From NCBI GenBank assembly GCA_027328625.1, contig DAHVSZ010000001.1, positions 1 to 56,642 of the forward strand: a stretch of DNA of 56,642 nucleotides, read 5' to 3'. The position numbers and the translations under genes are program-made. The stretch comes from Candidatus Paracaedibacteraceae bacterium. GTDB lineage: Bacteria; Pseudomonadota; Alphaproteobacteria; Paracaedibacterales; CAIULA01. The notes under the pieces are model-generated. The model saw only the letters and a list, made by a program, of their open reading frames with translations. It was not told where the DNA came from and searched no databases. How positions within the stretch are numbered: the first letter of the stretch is position 1; each line of letters starts with the position of its first letter. This document shows positions 1-9,317 of this stretch, piece after piece.

Positions 1-120
1 ATTATTTAAAATAACAATAATATCAGCAGTATTCTAGACTGAAAAAAGCTATTTTTATTGAAAAAGAATCATTTTTGTATTAGCAATATCGAAATGATAT
101 TTCTTGTTAATCAAATAATT

Positions 121-150
121 GTTTAATTTTGTTTAATTTTATTTAATTTT
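121..150. repeat. Three tandem copies of a 10-bp unit (gtttaatttt, gtttaatttt, atttaatttt)
   Basis: Read directly at 121-150, just upstream of ORF 173..838. Confidence 0.8.
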
Positions 151-172
151 TCTGAAAATAGGTTATCAAAAA

Positions 173-838
173 GTGCGTTTCTGTTATATTGCTATTCTCT
201 TTTTTTCATTTTTTGTGGTGATGACTATGAGCAATGGGAATGCAACAGATACTGATGGTGCTGGAATCCTTATGGGGCATTACCCAGCTCTCAAATTAGA
301 AACAATTCAGAGATTCATTAAGCTAAACGGCGAATTGCAAGAGTTACAAAAAAGTTATCCAAATCGAAAGTTTCCAAGATTTTATTTGAGCTCGACTGAA
401 GATGAAACAAGTGCTGTCATTGAAGAAATGCAAAAGATGATTGATGGGCCTGATGTAATGGGCATTCAAAGGGCTAATACAAGAAGACTAGGAATGCCTA
501 GAAAACCTTTAGTAATGGATGTTCAAGTAGTTGAGCCGCTAACAAAAAGGTTAGAAAAGCTTGAAAGCTGTTTGAGAGGGAGTATTCAAATGACTGAGGA
601 AGAACAAAGACAAGAAATGAATAAAGGATATTTAAAAGTTGTTGAGGCTGATAAAGCCCGCATCTTATCTTTATATTCAAGCTTTGCTCAAAATAATTCT
701 ATTGTTCCAGTGAATTTCGTTCAGAGAGTTAATGAATCATTAAAGAATGGTGAGATAGATTTAAAGATCGCAAAGCGTCTTCTTGGTATTCTTTTAGAAA
801 ATATTAGTCATCCAGGGCAGTTTTGTACTGCTGTGTGA
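173..838 (+). CDS. Hypothetical protein with an N-terminal hydrophobic, signal-like segment
   Basis: 221-aa ORF with a GTG start. N-terminus reads FCYIAILFFSFFVVMTMSNG. I recognise no family. Confidence 0.35.
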   Translation: MRFCYIAILFFSFFVVMTMSNGNATDTDGAGILMGHYPALKLETIQRFIKLNGELQELQKSYPNRKFPRFYLSSTEDETSAVIEEMQKMIDGPDVMGIQRANTRRLGMPRKPLVMDVQVVEPLTKRLEKLESCLRGSIQMTEEEQRQEMNKGYLKVVEADKARILSLYSSFAQNNSIVPVNFVQRVNESLKNGEIDLKIAKRLLGILLENISHPGQFCTAV

Positions 839-1026
839 TACAAAAGTCGTATTGTTTTAACGACAGATCTTCTAAGTGAAAGTTATAAATTTGAAGCTCC
901 TTTTTCAGAATCTGTTAAAGATTTTGCTCTTGGCTTATGAGTGACAGAAAACACAGGTCAATAACTCATTACAAAAATTATAGATAAATACATTTAAAAA
1001 TTGCACAATATAAATGGGTCTTATTA

Positions 1027-1350
1027 TTGAATAAGGAGAAAAAGGTGTTAAAGTTTTGTGCAAAGTTTGTGTTACTTGCAACGACTGTGTTTGCCTCAGG
1101 GTGTTCAATGTTTGGCAATAAGAAATCAGAAGCGGATACTGTTTTGCGTCCAATACCAGCTGGATATTGTACGCTTGATCCAACAAAACAGGCCGAAAGT
1201 CGGATTCTCTATAACATTCAAAAGCAGTTTGCTTCACCTGGAAAATTAAGAATTACAATCTTCTTACCTTGTGATGAATTGGAAGCAGTTCGTAATGATA
1301 AGGCTAAAACTGTATCCCATTATGGAATGTTTTTAGAACCTGAAAAATAA
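1027..1350 (+). CDS. Putative small lipoprotein
   Basis: 107-aa ORF. The signal peptide ends in ...LLATTVFASGC, which is lipobox-like. The start may be the internal GTG at 1045. Confidence 0.4.
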   Translation: MNKEKKVLKFCAKFVLLATTVFASGCSMFGNKKSEADTVLRPIPAGYCTLDPTKQAESRILYNIQKQFASPGKLRITIFLPCDELEAVRNDKAKTVSHYGMFLEPEK

Positions 1351-1461
1351 TATTATTAATGAGTTAGGTCAACGACTTGATCTTGATTTAAAATAAGTAC
1401 TTTCGTATGTTCATTTGGAGTAATCTAAAGAGTGATTTGTCTTTTTAAAACTGTATAACTT

Positions 1462-2253
1462 GTGATGCTATTTGCTTTGCCTTTTCCCTCTATCAATCCT
1501 GTCCTTTTCGAATTAGGACCGTTAAAGATCCATTGGTATGGAATTGCCTATGTTGTGGGAATTCTTCTTGGGTGGCGTTATGCCATTTATTTAGTTCGGC
1601 ATTATGCCACTCATTTAAAAGAACAGTATTTTGATGATTTTGTGACTTGGATTGTCGTTGGGATTGTTGTGGGTGGTCGACTTGGACATATTGTTATTTA
1701 TGAGTTCTCTCATTACATGCGTCACCCTTTAGAAATATTGATGACCTGGAAAGGCGGAATGTCTTTTTATGGGGGGCTTTTAGGGGTTATCATTTCAACC
1801 CTTATTTATTGTAAGCGTAAATCCATTAATCCTTTAGAATTTTCCGATGTAGTGGCGGCAGTTGTGCCAATTGGCTTAGGCCTTGGCAGGGTTGCAAATT
1901 TTATTAATGGTGAATTGTATGGCCGAGTTAGTGATGTACCATGGGCCGTTGAATTCCCGCAAGGTGGCGGTTTTCCAAGACATCCAAGCCAACTCTATGA
2001 GGCTTTTTTAGAAGGTTTTGTTTTGTGGTTGATTTTAGCATTTGCTTGGCACCGTACAAATTTGTATAAAACACCTGGAAAGATCACAGGGTTATTTTTG
2101 ATTGGGTATGCAGTATCACGTTTTTTGGTTGAATACGTGCGTGAGCCAGATTCAGTCTATCATTTAGCATCTTTTTCTTTTACGACTGGGCAGTTGTTGG
2201 CTTTGCCAATGATCGGGCTTGGGGCTTTTTGGTTGCGCTGTCGTAAAGCATGA
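1462..2253 (+). CDS. lgt: Prolipoprotein diacylglyceryl transferase
   Basis: Family-typical N-terminus FPSINPVLFELGPLKIHWYGIAYVVGILLGW, multiple TM segments, and GRVANFINGELYGR. Confidence 0.9.
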   Translation: MMLFALPFPSINPVLFELGPLKIHWYGIAYVVGILLGWRYAIYLVRHYATHLKEQYFDDFVTWIVVGIVVGGRLGHIVIYEFSHYMRHPLEILMTWKGGMSFYGGLLGVIISTLIYCKRKSINPLEFSDVVAAVVPIGLGLGRVANFINGELYGRVSDVPWAVEFPQGGGFPRHPSQLYEAFLEGFVLWLILAFAWHRTNLYKTPGKITGLFLIGYAVSRFLVEYVREPDSVYHLASFSFTTGQLLALPMIGLGAFWLRCRKA

Positions 2254-3296
2254 GTCAACTACACTCTCTTATCTTACAGGAAATCAAAGACAAAGGTTCA
2301 ATAACGGTAAAGCGATTTATGGAACTTGCTCTTTATCATCCTGAGTATGGATATTATGTTTCAGAAAAGGTTTTAGGCAAGCAAGGTGACTATATAACAG
2401 CACCTGAACTGACACAAGTATTTGGTGAATTATTAGCTTTATGGTTTGTTGATCTTTGGCACAGGCTTGGAAAGCCCGAATGTGTACAGCTAGTAGAATT
2501 AGGTCCAGGGCGTGGCTTGATGATGCAAGATATGCTTCGGATTTTTAAAAAGTTTCCAGATTTTTTTCAAAACCTTGATGTTTATTTAATGGAAGTTAGC
2601 TCAGTTTTGATGGCAGCTCAGCAAGCCATTTTAAAAGACGAACGTGTTTGTTGGGTCACAGATCTAAAAGATCTTCCTGAAAACAAGGTTACTTTTTTTG
2701 TGGCTAATGAATTTTTTGATGCTCTGCCAATTGAGCAGTATGTGGAAAATGAGGGTGATTGGGTAGAACGGTGTATTACGAGTAAGGATAGTGTTTTAGT
2801 GTTTGATTTGTCATACTCGGACTTGATCCGAGTATCCATGGACCCGCGTGTCGAGCACGAGGATGACAAAATGATAAAAGAAACATGCCCAGCATATGGC
2901 TATTATATGCAAGAAATAACACGACGCCTTTTAAAAAATCGAGGAGGGGCAATTATTATTGATTATGGTGACGACGTTCCAGTTGAAAGTCGAGTAGGAG
3001 ACACGCTGCAAGCGCTTTACCAACACAAAAGAACAGATGTGTTAGAAAACCCTGGTGAACAAGATTTAACTCACCATGTTAGTTTTGCTGCTTTGAAGCA
3101 CTATATAGATCCTAGTCTGAAGACAGAGATGTCAACACAAAGTGATTTTTTGTTTACATTGGGTTTAGAGCAGTGGGTTGAAAAGCTTTGCCTGAATCTT
3201 GATCCAGAAAATGCAGCCAAACTTAAAATAGCAGTAACACGTTTAGTAACTCCACGAGAAATGGGGAGGCTATTTAAGGTTTTGATAATTGAATAA
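2250..3296 (+). CDS. Class I SAM-dependent methyltransferase, NDUFAF7/MidA (DUF185) family
   Basis: Motifs YHPEYGYY, GDYITAPELTQVFGELLA, LVELGPGRGLMMQDMLR and IIDYG. The start overlaps the lgt stop (ATGA). Confidence 0.8.
   Translation: MSQLHSLILQEIKDKGSITVKRFMELALYHPEYGYYVSEKVLGKQGDYITAPELTQVFGELLALWFVDLWHRLGKPECVQLVELGPGRGLMMQDMLRIFKKFPDFFQNLDVYLMEVSSVLMAAQQAILKDERVCWVTDLKDLPENKVTFFVANEFFDALPIEQYVENEGDWVERCITSKDSVLVFDLSYSDLIRVSMDPRVEHEDDKMIKETCPAYGYYMQEITRRLLKNRGGAIIIDYGDDVPVESRVGDTLQALYQHKRTDVLENPGEQDLTHHVSFAALKHYIDPSLKTEMSTQSDFLFTLGLEQWVEKLCLNLDPENAAKLKIAVTRLVTPREMGRLFKVLIIE
2810..2867. repeat. 58-bp palindromic element copy lying in frame inside the methyltransferase CDS
   Basis: Hand alignment to the intergenic copy at 28974-29031 gives 47 of 58 identical positions. 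It has the same gtcat...atgac ends and hairpin tactcgga-cttga-tccgagta. Confidence 0.75.
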
Positions 3297-3515
3297 ATAA
3301 AATTACAATATTATAATTTAAAATTATTAATATTAACGATTAATTAGTATTTTAATGCTATTTTGATGGTTAAGAGGGCACTTATGCTTGGAGGATTTCG
3401 GCTGAGTGTGGCCGAAAAAACAATGCTTGGTGGCTTTTAAAGCTGCTTTTCTAGCCCTCGGGACCTGAGATGTATGGAATTGACTTGATATCAGTTGGTT
3501 GTATACATGATTTTG

Positions 3516-3533
3516 AACACTTTTAAAAGTGTT
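3516..3533. repeat. Perfect 18-bp palindrome aacacttttaaaagtgtt
   Basis: Read directly in the long intergenic region upstream of prfB. Confidence 0.7.
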
Positions 3534-3792
3534 GAAACTTTTGTGTTAACCATTTATTAAGGATTAAACAAGAGGTCAGGAAAGTATTGTTCTTGTGGAG
3601 GAGGAGGCGGGGGCCAAAACACTGTGGTGCTCAGGACGGGGGCCCCATCAGCCTAAGGCTATATCAAACTGTCAAAAAATCTCAAATCTTGACAGAAATT
3701 CCCCTCTAAGCCAGTACCACAACTATCCCCTCAATTTTATTTATCACCAAGTCCTCTATAAAATGGCATGGTTAAAAAAAGGGTATTAAAAA

Positions 3793-4903
3793 ATGCGTGC
3801 AGAAATTGAAACACAAGTGAAAGCTATTAATCAGTCTTTGGTACTCCTTCGGAGGCATCTTTGACTGGGACCAAGCTATAATAAGACTAGATGTTTTAAA
3901 CCAACAAGCTGAATCTCCAGATCTGTGGAATGACCAGGCTTCTGCTCAAAAGATCTTGAAAGAACGTGATTCATTGCAGGGTTCAATCAAACGCATTCAA
4001 GATTTTGAAAGGTCTTTAAAAGACAATGTTGAATTGATCGAACTTGCAGAGATGGAAGATGATCTAGAGGTTTTGGCAGAAGCTGAAAAGAGCTTGGAAC
4101 TATTAACCAAAGAGGCTGCGCGTCTACAGCTAGAAACGCTTCTTTCTGGTGAAGCAGACACTAATGATTGCTTTATCGAAATAAACGCAGGCGCAGGGGG
4201 GACAGAGGCTCAAGATTGGGCTCAAATGTTAGCACGCATGTACAGCCGTTGGGCTGAGGGGCGTAAATACAAATTAGAAATTTTAGATGAAAACCCAGGC
4301 GAAGAAGCTGGCATTAAATCCATCACTTTTAAGGTCATGGGACACCAAGCTTATGGTTGGTTAAAAACAGAAAGCGGCGTTCATCGATTGGTTCGTATTT
4401 CTCCCTTTGACTCAAACGCTAGACGTCACACCAGTTTTGCCTCAATTTGGGTTTATCCGGTAATTGATGATTCAATTGAAGTTGAGGTGGAAGAAAAAGA
4501 TTTAAGAATTGATACCTACCGGGCTTCCGGAGCAGGCGGGCAGCACGTTAATAAAACAGAAAGTGCTATTCGTATTACTCACAACCCAACTGGAATTGTG
4601 GTTCAATGTCAAAATGATCGATCTCAGCATCGTAACCGAGCCCAGGCTATGTCTATGTTAAAAGCTCGTTTGTACGAGTTAGAGCTTAGGAAAAGAGAAG
4701 AAAAGCTAAATAATCAATCAGCAAGCAAAACTGATATTGGTTGGGGGCACCAAATCCGGTCTTATGTTTTGCAGCCTTATCAAATGGTCAAAGACAATAG
4801 AACAGGTGTTGAACGGGGTAATGCTCACGGTGTTTTGGATGGTGATATTGATTGCTTTTTAGAAGCGGCACTAGCACAAAGAATTGGTGGAGAGGAAGAG
4901 TGA
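3793..4903 (+). CDS. prfB: Peptide chain release factor 2, expressed through a programmed +1 frameshift
   Basis: Frame 0 runs ATG 3793 [23 protein letters not shown] to TGA at 3862. The +1 frame from 3863 reads [22 protein letters not shown]... and joins track ORF 3956..4903, which carries SPF and GGQHVNK motifs. Confidence 0.93.
3851..3865 (+). promoter_or_regulatory. prfB autoregulatory frameshift site (SD-like GGAGG, then CTT TGA C)
   Basis: ggaggcat ctt tga c read at 3851-3865. This is the canonical RF2 shift-site architecture. Confidence 0.88.
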
Positions 4904-5109
4904 TGGATTACTACTTTTTCTTTCAAACCTAGTTTTTCCAATATTAATGCTGCTTCAGTATGGCTTTTTAACGAAAGGAGTAAAAAAAGAAACGAGAAAG
5001 AAACATAAAAAAAGGGGCTGTCCCAGATAACATGAAATAATGTTATAAGGATGGTATGAGAAAGAGCCAATCAAGCTCTTTTCAGTAAAAAAATGCAGGA
5101 CTCAACTAG

Positions 5110-5133
5110 ATTCCCGCCTCCGCGGGAATGACA
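5110..5133. repeat. Palindromic hairpin attcccgc-ctcc-gcgggaat followed by gaca
   Basis: Read directly, 10 nt downstream of the stop of the minus-strand gene 5143..6285. On the minus strand a T run follows about 17 nt later. Confidence 0.6.
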
Positions 5134-5142
5134 AGTGAATAA

Positions 5143-6285
5143 TTAAGCAGCAACTTCCTGACCATTGGCAATTGCCGACAGCGTTCTGGCAATCACTCTG
5201 ATTTCATTTCTAAGCTCTTGAGTTGATGATGTGCGGCCGGTCACCATTTCCTCTAAAAGCTTGGTTGATGTTGTGTCTAGACTCCGCAAGTGCTGACTAA
5301 TAACCTCATTAAGGGCTGCTTGACTTGGATTTCTTGTAGCCTGGATCAAACTTTCCTGTAAATCAATTTGATTTTGCGCAATTTTCTTCATCACATTTTG
5401 ATGCCCAGACATTTGATCAGCCATCATAGATAATTTTTCGCCTACGGTTTGCAAAGCTTTAATAACGCTTACACGGTTGTCTTCGGTACGACGCATTTGT
5501 GACTGTAGGTTTGCCATAGATTCAATTGTTTGTTCTAAAAGGCCTTGAGTATATGCAGGACCACTCCCTGTGGCTGCTGAAACCTCGGCAACTCCACTTA
5601 AACGAGTGTTAGCAGCTAGGCGCTCTTCAAGTGTGTGGTAAAAGCTGCTGCTCGCTTTACTAATTTGTAAATCAAGAAAACCAACGATCAGAGAGCTTGC
5701 GAGTCCAAACATTGATGAGCTGAACGCCATTCCCATTCCTGTTAAGGGAGATTGCAGACCTTGTTTTAGATTAGTGAAAGCATCTTTTATTTCACTTCCA
5801 CCCATATTAATACTGTTAATAACACCTGTTATGGCGCCAATTGTTTCAGAAAGTCCCCAAAAAGTCCCCAAAAGCCCTAAGAAAATCAAAAGACCAACAA
5901 GATAACGATTTAGATCACGGTTTTCATCTAGGCGTCCATCGACACTGGCTAGAATTGATCTTGCGGTTAGAGGGGCAATACTACCACTGTGGTTTGGATC
6001 ACTTAACAAAATGGCTAAAGGTGCCAAGATTTTTGCAACGGGTGCATCTGGAAATCTTTCTTTTCCTTGTTCAAAATTATCCAGCCAAGTTTGCTCTTGT
6101 TGTAAACGAAATAATTGAAAAAAAGATAAAACAACACCTAATCCTAGACATGAAAGAATAATTATGTTTAAAGCAAGATTGTGAAAAAAGATTTGCTTTA
6201 AAGATGGATAAAGAAACGCTGTGGTCGCTATGGCCAGAACGAGGAAAATTCCTATTCTCATTAAACAACGATGAATATAACTCAT
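5143..6285 (-). CDS. MotA/TolQ/ExbB proton-channel family protein with a long C-terminal coiled-coil-like tail
   Basis: There are N-terminal TM segments. Channel-core-like TM segments read LVGLLIFLGLLGTFWGL and GMGMAFSSSMFGLASSLIVGFLDL. About 160 aa of heptad-like, Q/E/L-rich sequence follow. Confidence 0.6.
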   Translation of the reverse strand: MSYIHRCLMRIGIFLVLAIATTAFLYPSLKQIFFHNLALNIIILSCLGLGVVLSFFQLFRLQQEQTWLDNFEQGKERFPDAPVAKILAPLAILLSDPNHSGSIAPLTARSILASVDGRLDENRDLNRYLVGLLIFLGLLGTFWGLSETIGAITGVINSINMGGSEIKDAFTNLKQGLQSPLTGMGMAFSSSMFGLASSLIVGFLDLQISKASSSFYHTLEERLAANTRLSGVAEVSAATGSGPAYTQGLLEQTIESMANLQSQMRRTEDNRVSVIKALQTVGEKLSMMADQMSGHQNVMKKIAQNQIDLQESLIQATRNPSQAALNEVISQHLRSLDTTSTKLLEEMVTGRTSSTQELRNEIRVIARTLSAIANGQEVAA

Positions 6286-6463
6286 AGATAAAAACCTTTG
6301 TTTTTTTTTAACTTAACTACTAGACTAACTTACTTTTGTTAAATCCAAAACTTTTTTTTAAAGTTTAGGGTAAAAAAATGAAGAGAAGATATATAGTTAA
6401 TAAATTATTAATTAAATAAAGTTATTTTCAAATGTTTTGAGTGTCGGAAAGTTCTTAAAAATC

Positions 6464-7378
6464 TTAAGTTTCTTTACCTTTTATTTTTATACGTACTGCT
6501 GCTGCTTTTGAGAGACGGAGAATAACTTGTTTTGGAACACGTAAATCGACAATAGAAGTTTCGTCTTTGCTAATTTTCTTTTGTTCAATCAAAAGAGAAA
6601 GGCGAGCTAATGCATCTTCGACACTATCCTCAGGAAGCTTCACAAGAATACTATTTTCAAGGCTTAAATCCCAACGACGTTGACGGATTCTTACAAGTGA
6701 ACTTAATCTCTTTCTAATTTCGGGAAATTTTTCAAGCAGTGCTAATATTTTTGGTGCATGGACTGGAGCATCTGCCCCAACGACAACAGGTAAGTGCTGA
6801 AATTGAGTAATGTTAGGACTTGTTATGACAATACCTTCTTGGTCAACCAAAAAGAAACTCTGCTGATGATGCCAAAGTGCTATGGGTTTGCGTTCAATCA
6901 TTTGAATATAGAGCAAATTAGGTAAGCGTCTTTGAACAGTTGCTGATTTAATCCAATCAATTTTTTCAAGATTTGATTTAATAGCTTCTAGATTGTAAGC
7001 AAGTATGGGGTGTCCCCTTTGGGCTTGAACGGCAGCTAAGACTGAATCCTGCGGTGAATGTTGACGTCCTTCCACAAAGACTTCATCAATGCGTAATCCT
7101 ATATGTGCTGAAAAAGCAATTGCTTTTTGTGAACAATAAACAAAGGCTGCTTGTGTGTATCCAAACCACGTACTACCTGCGCTTAATACAATTATAAGGC
7201 TAAAAAAACCAAAAATAAGAATCGGTCTATAATGGCTTCGATTCCATTTTGAACGGGACTTACGTATGGGATTTCGTTGCTTATTTTGGTTTTTTAAAAA
7301 AAAATAATTAATCCAACCAAAAGAAGATGAAGGGTTTTGATTCTTTGTTTGTCTTTGATTTGGCTTTAATGATGACAT
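6464..7378 (-). CDS. ftsQ: Cell division protein FtsQ
   Basis: It is the last gene of the dcw cluster after ddl. It has a basic N-terminus, a single TM segment, and a POTRA-like region (IDEVFVEGRQHSPQDSVLAAV). Confidence 0.85.
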   Translation of the reverse strand: MSSLKPNQRQTKNQNPSSSFGWINYFFLKNQNKQRNPIRKSRSKWNRSHYRPILIFGFFSLIIVLSAGSTWFGYTQAAFVYCSQKAIAFSAHIGLRIDEVFVEGRQHSPQDSVLAAVQAQRGHPILAYNLEAIKSNLEKIDWIKSATVQRRLPNLLYIQMIERKPIALWHHQQSFFLVDQEGIVITSPNITQFQHLPVVVGADAPVHAPKILALLEKFPEIRKRLSSLVRIRQRRWDLSLENSILVKLPEDSVEDALARLSLLIEQKKISKDETSIVDLRVPKQVILRLSKAAAVRIKIKGKET

Positions 7379-8286
7379 TTTGCTGCTCGAAGTTTTCTTT
7401 CAATGAGCTCACCGAAAGATATTCCAGCGTGCGCTGCAATTTCTGGAACTAAAGATAAAGGAGTCATGCCAGGCTGTGTATTTAATTCTAACAAATAAAA
7501 AGTTGGTTTATTCCCAGTATCATCATAACGGAAGTCAGAACGAGTTACACCATGACATCCAAGAGCTTTATGTGCTTTTAAAGCGAGCTCTAAGGATTCA
7601 TTGTATGCCTTTTCTGGTATATTAGCTGGCATTATATGTTGAGCTTTTCCTGGTGTGTATTTTGCTGTGTAATCATAAAATCCTTCAGAGGGGCAAATTT
7701 CAATGGCACCAATAGCTTCATCATCAATGACAGCAACATGAATTTCACGTCCCGGTATAAACTGTTCTATTAGGACTTGATCTCCATAACACCATTCTTT
7801 AATGCTAGTTTGAAGATCTTCATTTTTATAAACGATAGTAACGCCTCTACTTGATCCCTCGCCGATGGGTTTAATGACATAAGGGATATCCATTGGATGT
7901 CCATTTTTTAGTTCTTCAAAAGAGATAACTTTCCATGGAGGGGTTTGAATACCTATGTGTTGAAATATCTTGCGAGATAAAATTTTGTTCATAGCGAGAG
8001 CGGATGCGGTGACACCACAATGAGTATAAGGAATTCCTAACATTTCTAAGACTCCTTGAATCACACCGTCTTCACCACCAATGCCGTGGAGTGCATTGAA
8101 GATAATATCCGGCTTAGGATCAGATAATTCTTTTAATAGCTCAGGAAGATTGCGCTTTACATCGATGGCTCTAACAAAATACCCAAGGTCTTTTAATGCT
8201 TTTACAACACCTTCTCCTGAGGAGATTGAGACTTCGCGCTCAGATGACCATCCACCCATTAAAACAGCAATATTTTTTGACTTCAT
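7366..8286 (-). CDS. ddl: D-alanine--D-alanine ligase
   Basis: NIAVLMGGWSSEREVSISSG, LHGIGGEDGVIQGVLE and an ATP-grasp core, in dcw context. Confidence 0.93.
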   Translation of the reverse strand: MKSKNIAVLMGGWSSEREVSISSGEGVVKALKDLGYFVRAIDVKRNLPELLKELSDPKPDIIFNALHGIGGEDGVIQGVLEMLGIPYTHCGVTASALAMNKILSRKIFQHIGIQTPPWKVISFEELKNGHPMDIPYVIKPIGEGSSRGVTIVYKNEDLQTSIKEWCYGDQVLIEQFIPGREIHVAVIDDEAIGAIEICPSEGFYDYTAKYTPGKAQHIMPANIPEKAYNESLELALKAHKALGCHGVTRSDFRYDDTGNKPTFYLLELNTQPGMTPLSLVPEIAAHAGISFGELIERKLRAAKCHH

Positions 8287-8351
8287 TTACTAAACCTTTT
8301 ATTTAAACTAATTTTGGATAAAAATTGGCTACTTGTGCTATACAACAGCTT

Positions 8352-8375
8352 GGATCCTTGGGTCAAGCCCGAGAA
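8352..8375. repeat. Degenerate G-type palindromic element (ggatccttggg-tcaag-cccgagaa)
   Basis: Read directly in the ddl-murB intercistronic gap. It has the same loop as the other family members. Confidence 0.55.
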
Positions 8376-8391
8376 AGCTAGAGGTATTCAT

Positions 8392-9309
8392 CTAAAGCCG
8401 AGATCCGATTCGGATAATTTCCCATTCAAGTTCTTGTCCAGTTATTTCTTTCACCTTTTTCTGTACCATTGTACCAAGAGCCTCGATATCATTTGCACGC
8501 GCAGCGTCAAGATTAAGTAAGAAATTGCAATGTTTTTCAGATACCTGAGCATCACCTATGCGAAGACCTCTACACCCAGCCAGGTCAATTAGTTCCCATG
8601 CTTTTGAGCCTTGAGAAGGATTTTTAAAGGTACTTCCACCTGTGCGACCTCTAATAGGTTGGCTTTCTTCTCGTTTATGCAAATAATCACTAACTTTGAT
8701 TCTAATTTCATTTGGGTCTTTTTTTATGCACCTAAAAGCAGCACGGACAGCAATTGCACCAGCTGGTAAATTTCCATGACGATAAGTCATATGGATTTCG
8801 TTGGTATGTAAACGGTGAAGAACACCTTGTTGGTCAACAAATTCAAACCATTCCAGAAAATCTTTCGTTTCATTTTCATAGGCTCCAGCATTCATAGCGA
8901 GCGCTCCGCCAATGGTTCCAGGGATTCCAACAAGGAATTCAAGTCCTGATAATCCTGCTTCTTGGCATTTCATTGCAACGGTTCTATCTAAGCAACCAGC
9001 ACCAGCAATAACTAAATCATTTTCTATGGAAATATCAGAAAATCCACTGCCTAATTTAACAACACAACCCTCGATACCACCATCTCGAACCAAAAGATTG
9101 GATCCAGCACCAATACAGGTAATGGCAAGATTCGATGGCTTATTTTTTAAGAAATGACATAAATCAACTGTATCTGCTGGTCTAAACAAGAGATCAGCAG
9201 CGCCTCCAACCTTAAACCAAGTTGTTTGCGACATTAAATGACCAAAAGAATAACGACCTTGGACTGAAGGTAGTTTTTCTATAGCGAGACTTTCTTTAAA
9301 TTGTGTCAT
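8392..9309 (-). CDS. murB: UDP-N-acetylenolpyruvoylglucosamine reductase
   Basis: FKVGGAADLLFRP, IGAGSNLLVRDGG and GGSTFKNP motifs. Confidence 0.93.
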   Translation of the reverse strand: MTQFKESLAIEKLPSVQGRYSFGHLMSQTTWFKVGGAADLLFRPADTVDLCHFLKNKPSNLAITCIGAGSNLLVRDGGIEGCVVKLGSGFSDISIENDLVIAGAGCLDRTVAMKCQEAGLSGLEFLVGIPGTIGGALAMNAGAYENETKDFLEWFEFVDQQGVLHRLHTNEIHMTYRHGNLPAGAIAVRAAFRCIKKDPNEIRIKVSDYLHKREESQPIRGRTGGSTFKNPSQGSKAWELIDLAGCRGLRIGDAQVSEKHCNFLLNLDAARANDIEALGTMVQKKVKEITGQELEWEIIRIGSRL

Positions 9310-9317
9310 ATAAGATC

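Noticed and set aside
3360-3700. Possible tmRNA (two-piece alphaproteobacterial type), SRP RNA, RNase P RNA or tRNA
   Set aside because: I searched by eye on both strands. I looked for an ANDN...-type tag frame, a T-arm (GGTTCGA-like) followed by an acceptor-CCA end, the SRP GGAAGCAGCC motif and the RNase P GAGGAAAGTCC motif, and found none. The region is retained only as an unassigned structured-looking spacer.
3595-3789. 64-aa ORF (MEEEAGAKTLWCSGRGPHQ...) in the prfB upstream spacer
   Set aside because: It exists only because of the G+C-rich island. It has no RBS, a low-complexity start and no recognisable family, and it abuts the real prfB start at 3793.
4825-5070. 81-aa minus-strand ORF as a possible MotB/ExbD-like partner of the MotA-like gene
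   Set aside because: It overlaps the 3' end of prfB in antisense, is low-complexity and hydrophobic (FFYVSFSFLFLLLS), and has no peptidoglycan-binding or ExbD-like features.
8314-8520. 68-aa plus-strand ORF between ddl and murB
   Set aside because: It starts in the intercistronic repeat copy and runs antisense into the murB 3' end. No family is recognisable.
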